IMG/VR virus record: IMGVR_UViG_3300037042_004723
Location: 133,280-197,279 of that record
From: a virus
DNA: 64,000 nt
Strand: one strand, 5' to 3'
The position numbers and the translations under genes are program-made. Shown here one piece after another: positions 56,500-64,000 of this stretch. Under the pieces are notes generated by a model, which made no database searches, was not told the origin of the DNA, and saw only the letters and a list, made by a program, of their open reading frames with translations. Position 1 is the stretch's first letter. Every line of letters starts with the position of its first letter.

Positions 56500-57525
56500 A
56501 TGGCAAATCTACCAACCTTCATTAAGTCCTGGAACTTCGCTGGCATTAACATGCGGATTCCATATGTGTCGGTTGCAGATGCTTCCGCTGCGCTCTTGTT
56601 TGGCAACAAGAACTACCTTGTAGCGACGTTGGGGGCTCCGGTGGTGGCTACGTCGAACGGCGCCACTGGGCCGACGACAGCAAGCACTCTCCTGTCGATA
56701 GGTGATCATACCGATCGAATTATCACGGAGGCTAACTGCACCACGCAGGCTGCTGCTGCTGGCAATGCTCAATCATGGTTTTGCGTCACCTATGCTGGCG
56801 TGCAGCTCATGTTCGAGTATCAGGGAGTGGCGGTTGACGTCTTTAGGATCTCGTACTCGCCAGGCAATTTGTTCATATCGCAGGCTACGACAACGTTTGC
56901 GCCGACAGCTACTGACGAGGTGGTAATTGCTACAGGCATTACGATGGTCGGCCCAACGGCTAGCTTGGATCGCGTATATTCAATCCAGGGCACCACAGAT
57001 CGCAGCATTTTGCGTGTGTGGACTTACCGTTCCAATGTTCTTCAATCATCTTATGGATTGGAGAAATTAACCGAGGCCCCTGAGATTGCGGTGGGTACTG
57101 TTTTGGGATGGAATTCAACGGCTGAAACTTCTCTTGCGTATTCTCTAAATCAGGCAGGATCTCAGGCGGGAGCAAGTTCCGGAACTGCGGCTGGCGCGTC
57201 GAATAGCTTTGTTGTTCAACTCGCCGGAGCTAACAGGGTAGCCAGTGGAGGAACAATTTGCTGGTCAGGATCAAGCGGGAACATGCCGCTGATCGGGTCA
57301 ATATCTGGATCTTCTCCGATATGGCCGATCCTCGTCGGCGGGCTTGGCGCATCAAATGTCGGCTGGATAGCCACGAGAATTGATGGCTTCTATCAGTCAT
57401 CAGATTCCTCGACGACGCCACAGGAGGGAATGGTTGCCGATGATGTCGTCGCTGGTACTCGTCTCATCTGGGCCGGTACACTGATGACCCCTTGGTCGCC
57501 GACTGCGGGGCTCATTAGGTCATGA
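56500..57525 (+). CDS. Hypothetical virion structural protein
   Basis: Ser/Thr/Gly/Ala-rich beta protein in the fibre cluster. Confidence 0.6.
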   Translation: MANLPTFIKSWNFAGINMRIPYVSVADASAALLFGNKNYLVATLGAPVVATSNGATGPTTASTLLSIGDHTDRIITEANCTTQAAAAGNAQSWFCVTYAGVQLMFEYQGVAVDVFRISYSPGNLFISQATTTFAPTATDEVVIATGITMVGPTASLDRVYSIQGTTDRSILRVWTYRSNVLQSSYGLEKLTEAPEIAVGTVLGWNSTAETSLAYSLNQAGSQAGASSGTAAGASNSFVVQLAGANRVASGGTICWSGSSGNMPLIGSISGSSPIWPILVGGLGASNVGWIATRIDGFYQSSDSSTTPQEGMVADDVVAGTRLIWAGTLMTPWSPTAGLIRS

Positions 57526-58496
57526 CTGTTGCGTACCGTACGTCGGTTTTTGGTGGCACAGCAGTTGATGACACAAACGCGACGGCTACGATTACGCCAG
57601 TTCTTGGAGATCTACTGGTTGCATTTCAAGTTGAGACTGGAACAGCTCCTTTCCAGTCTGGCGCTCCAGGCGTGTCTGACAATAATCCAGATGGCAAAGG
57701 TGTTGCCATTACTGGTTGGATCAGGAACGTGCAGCGCAGCTGGGATGGTTCCAATGCGTTTATTACGACGTGGATACGCTCGGCATTGGTTGGCAATATT
57801 ACTTCGACGACTGTCACGTTTCCATTCACCGCCTCCAGTACTACATCAAACGAGGTAGTACTGGTTGCCATCTCTGGAATGTCAGTCGCTGGTACGCAGG
57901 CAATCCTCAAGAATGCTAGCAACAACGCTGGAGCTGGCGTTGCTACGGTAACTTTTGCTTCGGCACCGCTCACCGCAAACATGATCATCACTGCTCTTGG
58001 TGATCTAACCAACCCTCCAGGCCTGACTGCCCCGACCAGCTTCACCAACCGGCAAAATGTTGGGAATGCCCAGCCGGCTGGGTTGATTGTGGCCACGGTA
58101 GACAGCGGCGTTACGGCCACTGCAATCACGTGGGGCACAAATCCAGCGACGAACTGGGGTGGCGTCGCCATCGAACTTGATGGGCTTGCCGTTGCAGCGG
58201 TTTATCAAGATCTCGCCCTGCATGGTCTGACCAGAGGAGATATCGGTAGCCCCCCGCTCTACCAGAACGTTACAGGCGGCGTCGCGTCAGGTAACGTGGG
58301 TGCCGTTGGGTCGGGTGTTGGATCTGCCTTCATATCGGTCAGCGGCCTAGCTGTTATTTATCGTATGCGAGCGTTCGACACCACGTTGGCCACTTTTGTG
58401 TACTGGGACGCGCTAGAAATTGATGTTGGCGGTCTTCGGTATACCGGTCCAGGTCCACTGACTAACGTAGTAGTTTCTAATATTCTCCCACGATAG
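57522..58496 (+). CDS. Fibre-associated beta-sandwich protein
   Basis: TITPVLGDLLVAF pattern similar to 52918-53637. Confidence 0.6.
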   Translation: MTVAYRTSVFGGTAVDDTNATATITPVLGDLLVAFQVETGTAPFQSGAPGVSDNNPDGKGVAITGWIRNVQRSWDGSNAFITTWIRSALVGNITSTTVTFPFTASSTTSNEVVLVAISGMSVAGTQAILKNASNNAGAGVATVTFASAPLTANMIITALGDLTNPPGLTAPTSFTNRQNVGNAQPAGLIVATVDSGVTATAITWGTNPATNWGGVAIELDGLAVAAVYQDLALHGLTRGDIGSPPLYQNVTGGVASGNVGAVGSGVGSAFISVSGLAVIYRMRAFDTTLATFVYWDALEIDVGGLRYTGPGPLTNVVVSNILPR

Positions 58497-58504
58497 CGGT
58501 TAAA

Positions 58505-58582
58505 ATGCCCAATACAACCAAGATGATCTGGTCGTATCCGAGCAAGGATGCAGATCTAATTAGGAGTTATTTAGATGCCTAA
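58505..58582 (+). pseudogene. Truncated third copy of the module A start (MPNTTKMIWSYPSKDAD...)
   Basis: Homology to the starts of 50281 and 58575 ends after DAD at about 58555, followed by the RBS of the next gene. Confidence 0.75.
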
Positions 58583-59438
58583 TTCCAGCAAGATGCTTTG
58601 GCCAACACCGGCAAAAGACGCCGATCCCTGGTTTGAGAGCTTCGAGTCGATGGTTACGGCCATGGACTCTGCTGGTTATGCGGCGAGGGAAGACCGGAAC
58701 GTCCTCCTTTCCGAGGGTGGCGATGTTTCATTCGTGGCATCCACCGGGCTCCTGAGCTGGTCCAGCGGGATCGTCTTGCTGTCGCCCATATCGCCATTCA
58801 AGATGACCTTGCCAGCCGGCTCGGTGAATCTTCTTGATGGCCAGCGACTGTACGTGAACGTGACCAGGCCTCCGCTGGGCAATCTCTCGCTGTCCGGTGT
58901 TGTTGCGAATCAGATTCCAAACACGAACGATGCGCTACTCCTCGCCGTTCGAAACGGGACGTTCGTTTACTGGAGAAACGGCGGGAGAATCGAAGATGGC
59001 CAGACGAAGACCCTATTCGATTCTGGTACGTCGGCGTCTCAGATCGATGTCATCAAGCTCTCCACCCGAGAGAGCCATGATTCGGTGACCCCGCTGGTTG
59101 TTGGCGGAGATGCCTTCAATCCAACCGACTATGACAAGCCAGGATTTTCCCGGACGTTGACGTTCAGGGCCGTGGCAGCCAACGGCGATATCGGGATGAC
59201 GACTACGGTGGTGCTGTACAATGTCACCGACAGTGACTTGGTGGCGACCCTGACGTTCACCTCTACGAACCCGGCGAAGGATGAGGTTGTTTTAGTGGAG
59301 GGATCTGGCGCTGGCGAGATAGATCTCCTGGACAAGCTCTACGAGGTGAGAATTGCGCTGACGGTTCCCCCTGGAAGTCCAACGGAGACGGTTGAGCTTT
59401 TGGGCGCTGAAATAGTTGTAGTAAGTACTACACCTTAG
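58575..59438 (+). CDS. Accessory structural protein (module A + module B)
   Basis: N-half like 50281-51465; C-half like the end of 55037-56482. Confidence 0.7.
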   Translation: MPNSSKMLWPTPAKDADPWFESFESMVTAMDSAGYAAREDRNVLLSEGGDVSFVASTGLLSWSSGIVLLSPISPFKMTLPAGSVNLLDGQRLYVNVTRPPLGNLSLSGVVANQIPNTNDALLLAVRNGTFVYWRNGGRIEDGQTKTLFDSGTSASQIDVIKLSTRESHDSVTPLVVGGDAFNPTDYDKPGFSRTLTFRAVAANGDIGMTTTVVLYNVTDSDLVATLTFTSTNPAKDEVVLVEGSGAGEIDLLDKLYEVRIALTVPPGSPTETVELLGAEIVVVSTTP

Positions 59439-59664
59439 CATTTGCATGATATGTCTGCTTAGTTTCGCAACGTTTTCATGGATATAAAATTCTCCGATTT
59501 TACCGGCGCGGTGGAGAAGTTATAGATAACAGCGATCTAAATGCATTGTCCTGCGCTGGAATGGTTTCTCGCCTGGGGATGTCAGAACTTAGTTCGCCGG
59601 TATGGGTATAGTCTTGGTTGTCATGGGTTAACCGTGGCTGAGCTGATTCAAAGGAGAATCCACA

Positions 59665-61260
59665 ATGGCCCGTACATTTATTCGTCAGGATACCCAGATT
59701 CGCAGGTCGGATGTCTACGACGACACCATCGCCCCTACGGTGGCAGCGTACGAAACAAACCCGACTAATATCGAAGAAGATCTGAACAGCATCAGATCTC
59801 AGCTTCAGAACTTTTTGAATCGCAACGGCGCAGGTTTCCCTGGCGGAAACTGGTACGCTGACCTCGCTGCGCCAGTCACGTTTGAAAACGGTACGGCGCG
59901 CGGCATCAACGAGACGAACCAGCAGCTCCATGACCTGGAGCGCAAGCGTGTCCTCGTCACGGTGTCGAGCCTGATCGACGTCACCGTCAGCGCGGGTCAG
60001 AACTTCGAGGTCTTGCTCATCGGCGAGCTACCATCGAACACGACTGCGGCCATCGGTGTGGTCACCACGCGCGGCACGGTTGCTGCGAACAATGCAGGCT
60101 TCGCTGCGTTCTCACTTGCCGAGGTTGCCGGCACCACCGCCATCTCGCCGAAGAACCTCTGCGAGATCGTGGACGGCGCGACACGCGATCCCATCCTGTC
60201 GTCAGGACGCACGATCTACGCCTTGTTCCAGACGGAGTCGAGCACCGACGCCTCGACGATGACGGGCACCACCCCGAACCGCGCACAGCTTTCGTTCGTT
60301 CGCATCAACGCGACGGGTGATGATCTCGAAGCGGTGCCCTTCGCCGACATCGAGAACAAGATCATCAACTACGCCTCGGTGGAGCGTAAGGCGCTCGAAG
60401 ACCTCAACGAGCAGGACTTTCTCCGTGGCGCTGTCATTGACGTCCCGGCGGCCACCGTCATCACCCGCCAGGTGGCGTACGACAACCAGGGCACGACCCC
60501 GGTCGAGCTTGGCACCAACGCCACCCTGGATCTGAACTCGGCGGGTATCGCATGGACTATCCGAGATCTGGTTAACGCTGGCCTATTCAGCATCACTGAA
60601 GGTTCCGGCGGTGGCACAAGCACGATTGCCGTATCTTCGGATACCGACTTCTTTGATGTCAACGCTGTCGACAACGACTTCCTGAACGGCATCAAGGTTG
60701 ATACTGGCGCGGCGGGCACCACGATCAATATCGGCGTCACTGCCAATCAGATCGATGCCGGTGGTGTCCTGTCCATTAAGTCCGGCGGTGGCGCCGATCT
60801 GAGCCTGGTTGGCGCGCTTGAGTTGAATTTCACGGACAGCTATCGCGCTGGTTCGACGTGGTCTCTGGCCGATGGCATCTCGCTCTCGGATGCCTCGTCT
60901 GAATGGTCGACTTTTGAGACCAACTTCGGTGAAGTTTCGCTGCTCAATGCCATCAACCAGGCGTATGCCTCGGCTGGCGTTACCAAGACGTATGCGAACG
61001 TCACATCGGCTGAGAACGCCGATGTTGATATTGGCGGTGTTGCCGGCGGTGTCAACCTGGATGCCCAGCTCCAGGATCTGTCGTTGGGTTCGTTCTTGGT
61101 TGATTACGACGTGTTTTTGAACGGTCAGCTGCTTCGTCCGGGTGCCAACTCCGGTTCGAACTACGACTACTACCCTGGTACGTCGTTGGTCAATGGCCAG
61201 CTCAAGTTCGAGTTCAGAGTCAAGCTCAACGATGTTTTATGCGTGATCGCTCGCTCTTGA
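59665..61260 (+). CDS. Large virion structural/fibre-like protein
   Basis: AAGGAG RBS; highly expressed-type codon usage; Gly/Thr/Asn-rich; ends YDVFLNGQLL...F.F...DVLCVI. Confidence 0.65.
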   Translation: MARTFIRQDTQIRRSDVYDDTIAPTVAAYETNPTNIEEDLNSIRSQLQNFLNRNGAGFPGGNWYADLAAPVTFENGTARGINETNQQLHDLERKRVLVTVSSLIDVTVSAGQNFEVLLIGELPSNTTAAIGVVTTRGTVAANNAGFAAFSLAEVAGTTAISPKNLCEIVDGATRDPILSSGRTIYALFQTESSTDASTMTGTTPNRAQLSFVRINATGDDLEAVPFADIENKIINYASVERKALEDLNEQDFLRGAVIDVPAATVITRQVAYDNQGTTPVELGTNATLDLNSAGIAWTIRDLVNAGLFSITEGSGGGTSTIAVSSDTDFFDVNAVDNDFLNGIKVDTGAAGTTINIGVTANQIDAGGVLSIKSGGGADLSLVGALELNFTDSYRAGSTWSLADGISLSDASSEWSTFETNFGEVSLLNAINQAYASAGVTKTYANVTSAENADVDIGGVAGGVNLDAQLQDLSLGSFLVDYDVFLNGQLLRPGANSGSNYDYYPGTSLVNGQLKFEFRVKLNDVLCVIARS

Positions 61261-61328
61261 GTAACCCACTAGGGTAACGTGCGGGCAACGCCCATCTCAT
61301 TTGGAGGGGGGCGTTTCAGCAAGAGGAG

Positions 61329-61964
61329 ATGGCAGTGAATTTCAAGAGTGAGATAAAGATGGGTATCTTGCACGAGCAGGGCGTGCGTGCCGATGATCAG
61401 CTTGAGAGTGCCCACAGGCGTCAGGCCGCTCATGATGGCGCCAAGCAGGCGCTTCGTTTGATTGCCAAGAATATCTCTGCGTTGGCGTCCATTGCGGACA
61501 GGGACATGGACGAGGGAAAGCTGCCACTGGATGAACCTGTCAAGGTGGCTTCTTATGTGAAGCTGATGATTGATCGATCGGCCAATATGGCTATGTCAGC
61601 GAGTCAGCATCAGGAGAATCTGCAGCTTTCGGTAGGTGGAGAGATTGCCGCCTATCAGGGCATGGTAGATGCCATCAAGAAGGAGATTTTTGCCGAGCAG
61701 TCCAAGGCTCAGGCGTTAGATCATGCCATTGCCGCAGGCCAGGTCGTCATCGAGAGTGACTCGCCGTCGCTGACGGATGATGCTCCGGCCCGGGATAGGC
61801 CGACAGGGGTCAGGCCTGGAGGCGGACTGGCCGCTCAGAGGCGTGCAGAGGAAGCCGCTGAGGCTGCTGCGGCAGCGGCGGTCGTGATGGATGCTGGCGC
61901 CCTGGAGTCGGTGGCGTCTGCTAAGCCGAATGGCAAGCGCGGGGGCAAGAGGAAGACGGACTAA
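61329..61964 (+). CDS. Hypothetical helical/coiled-coil protein
   Basis: GAGGAG RBS; clean ORF. Confidence 0.6.
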   Translation: MAVNFKSEIKMGILHEQGVRADDQLESAHRRQAAHDGAKQALRLIAKNISALASIADRDMDEGKLPLDEPVKVASYVKLMIDRSANMAMSASQHQENLQLSVGGEIAAYQGMVDAIKKEIFAEQSKAQALDHAIAAGQVVIESDSPSLTDDAPARDRPTGVRPGGGLAAQRRAEEAAEAAAAAAVVMDAGALESVASAKPNGKRGGKRKTD

Positions 61965-62431
61965 TGGGGCGCACGCCAGATCCAATTGGAGACAGTCTTG
62001 AGCTTCCCGAGATTGGTCTTGATCCAGTGCTTGTGGGTGAAATTTCCCTTAACGCTGGAGCAATCAAGGCTCGGGATGTTCTTGGTACGTTCAATTTACG
62101 ATCTGGCGGCTCTGGCATCACCGAGGGCCAGCACGAGACGCTGCGCCAGTTGATTCATTTCATCGACGACGGCCCCGGCGCGGGGTTCCTGGCTGGCGCG
62201 GTCAAGATCACCGGCTACAGCGGCGCGCTCGTCACCTCGGAGGTCTGGTACGAGGACGGGACGCTGACGGGGCGCTACGTCGATCTGGCCGTGTCCTACA
62301 GCGGCGCGCTCCCCTCCGTCGAGGTCTGGCGCATCTACGCGACCGATGGCGTGACGATCACCGCCACGCTCACGGACGTGATAGCCTACGCGGGCGCGCT
62401 GGAGATCCAGCGCACGCGCACCTGGATCTGA
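61964..62431 (+). CDS. Hypothetical protein with three Y(S/A)GAL repeats
   Basis: GYSGALVT, SYSGALPS, AYAGALEI; TAATG-coupled start. Confidence 0.6.
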   Translation: MGRTPDPIGDSLELPEIGLDPVLVGEISLNAGAIKARDVLGTFNLRSGGSGITEGQHETLRQLIHFIDDGPGAGFLAGAVKITGYSGALVTSEVWYEDGTLTGRYVDLAVSYSGALPSVEVWRIYATDGVTITATLTDVIAYAGALEIQRTRTWI

Positions 62432-62434
62432 CAC

Positions 62435-62704
62435 ATGAGTCAACGCAACCCCGCCTCGGTCCTGCTCGACCTCAACGGCAACCCCGTCGGGGTCGTGCTC
62501 GACGGCACGGTGTATCGCCTCCAGGTCGAGGCGACCCTGACCAACGCGGCGGGCACCTCGGCGGACATCGAGCAGATGGGTTCGCGCGAGGCGCTCGCCG
62601 TGAGCTACCCTGAACTGCTAAAAGTGATGGAGCGGATCTCGGCGCAGCTTGCGACGATCGAAACGCACATGGCCGTAATCACCGACGAGGATGATCCACT
62701 GTGA
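62435..62704 (+). CDS. Small hypothetical structural protein
   Basis: Clean ORF, overlaps the next start. Confidence 0.55.
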   Translation: MSQRNPASVLLDLNGNPVGVVLDGTVYRLQVEATLTNAAGTSADIEQMGSREALAVSYPELLKVMERISAQLATIETHMAVITDEDDPL

Positions 62705-63297
62705 GCTATCAGAACCTGATCCAAGACGGCACGGGCCGGGGCTACCTCGCGCGCGTTGACGACACCAACCGCCTCGCCGTTCGGGGTGTGACCGAGACGA
62801 CCTACGACAACGTCGGCAAGGCGGGCGCGGCCTTCAACGTCAACACGCAGTTTGTGCCGTTCGTCTCGACGGGCACGACGGAGAGGCCGCTGCTCTACCT
62901 CCGCAACCTGGAGGCTGCGGACATCGAGCTTGTCAACATTTTCATCGCGGTGGGCCTGTCGGCGGGCGTGTTCACGGAGAACCCGCTGTTCCGCGTCTAC
63001 GCCCAGCCCACGGCTGTCGCGGGCGGCGTGGCCGTGACCCCGACGAACCGGCTGATCGGAGATCCCCGGACGTTCGCGCTCACCGTGCAGCGCCAGGACG
63101 CGGGCGTGCCGCTGACGTGGACCCCGGCGGGCACGCCGATCCTCTACCAGACACTGACCCAGAGCAACCGCAGCGTCGGCGCGGTGAACCTGCACCTCCC
63201 GTCGAGCGCGTCGGTGATCATCACCCTCACGACCAACCTGGCCGCGAGCACGGTGTCGGCCTACGCCGGGTTCGCCGGTTTCATCGACGCGGAGTAG
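62701..63297 (+). CDS. Paralogous array member 1
   Basis: N-terminal IQDGTGRGYLARVDDTNRLAV. Confidence 0.7.
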   Translation: MSYQNLIQDGTGRGYLARVDDTNRLAVRGVTETTYDNVGKAGAAFNVNTQFVPFVSTGTTERPLLYLRNLEAADIELVNIFIAVGLSAGVFTENPLFRVYAQPTAVAGGVAVTPTNRLIGDPRTFALTVQRQDAGVPLTWTPAGTPILYQTLTQSNRSVGAVNLHLPSSASVIITLTTNLAASTVSAYAGFAGFIDAE

Positions 63298-63306
63298 GAG
63301 CTAGCC

Positions 63307-63891
63307 ATGGCGAGAATCGACGACGGTACGGGACAGGGATTTGTTGCGGCGGTGGCCTCGACCAACCGGCTGCTGGTCAACGCCGAGAGCGTGCCCGCGA
63401 TTGCCATCGCGAGCGCGACGCGCGCGGACGCCTACACGATCAACACCGATACGGGCGGCGCGACGGGCCTGGTGACGGGCCTCGTCGCGGGCACGCAGTC
63501 GGGTTTGTTGTATGTTCAGAACACGAGCGGGTTTCCGCTGTCGATCGGCGGGTTCTTCGCCTCGACGACGAACGCGGGCGTGTTCCGCCTCTACAAAGAC
63601 ATAACCGGCGGCACGCTCGTGTCAGCGGGCACGGTCGCGCCGCCGCAGCAACTCAACGTCGCGTCGGGTAAGGCGTTCGCCGGTAGCGCACGCCGCGCCA
63701 ACGCCAGCGGGCAGACGGTGACCGGCGGCACCGTCGTGGCGCTCGGCTACGTCACGGCGGGGTTTCAGGAGCTTCAACTTGCGGGCGCGCTGATCCTGGG
63801 CACGAACGACACCGTCGCCCTGACCTTCACGCCGATCGGCGCAAACGCGGACGCGTCCGCGACCGTCGTCTGCGCGTACCTGGCGGGCTGA
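63307..63891 (+). CDS. Paralogous array member 2
   Basis: N-terminal IDDGTGQGFVAAVASTNRLLV. Confidence 0.7.
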   Translation: MARIDDGTGQGFVAAVASTNRLLVNAESVPAIAIASATRADAYTINTDTGGATGLVTGLVAGTQSGLLYVQNTSGFPLSIGGFFASTTNAGVFRLYKDITGGTLVSAGTVAPPQQLNVASGKAFAGSARRANASGQTVTGGTVVALGYVTAGFQELQLAGALILGTNDTVALTFTPIGANADASATVVCAYLAG

Positions 63892-63893
63892 TC

Positions 63894-64000
63894 GTGAGTA
63901 CCAAGGGCCGGATCACCGATGGGCTCGGCACGGGGCGCACCGTCTCGGTGACGCCCGCGAACGCGCTGCTCGTGCAGGTACTGCCCGACACGTCGATCGG
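63894..64000 (+). CDS. Paralogous array member 3 (partial)
   Basis: GTG start; ITDGLGTGRTVSVTPANALLV; runs off the window. Confidence 0.6.
   Translation, partial: MSTKGRITDGLGTGRTVSVTPANALLVQVLPDTSI

Noticed and set aside
50281-59438. Diversity-generating retroelement template/variable repeat pair
   Set aside because: Paralogue differences are not adenine-specific and no reverse transcriptase is present in the window
59439-59664. Possible tRNA or ncRNA in the longest intergenic gap
   Set aside because: No cloverleaf, T-loop or strong fold visible; looks like an AT-rich promoter region

Overview
This window is the virion-morphogenesis region of a large, T4-like (contractile-tailed) dsDNA phage, with essentially all real genes on the + strand. 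Gene order: kinase-like gene, putative TerS, TerL (2 LAGLIDADG inteins), small genes including a holin-like gene, portal (3 HNH-type inteins), two prohead-core-like genes, prohead protease/scaffold fusion, major capsid, neck and tail-terminator proteins, sheath, two tube-family proteins, tail assembly chaperone, tape measure, baseplate, and a long mosaic fibre/accessory cluster. The module carries many homing-endonuclease elements: 5 inteins, 2 free LAGLIDADG, 2 double-HNH, 1 GIY-YIG and 2 degenerate remnants. The most striking unannotated signal is a candidate programmed -1 frameshift at the end of the acidic prohead-core gene (16492-16580). It has a perfect C CCT TTC slippery heptamer, an 8-nt spacer and a predicted pseudoknot, and its -1 frame stops exactly on the start codon of the prohead protease. 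Other recoding-like signals are a G GGT TTT frameshift in the tail chaperone, an apparent ATT start for the tape measure gene, and a broken frame in the GIY-YIG gene. All family assignments come from motif recognition by eye; no database search was run.
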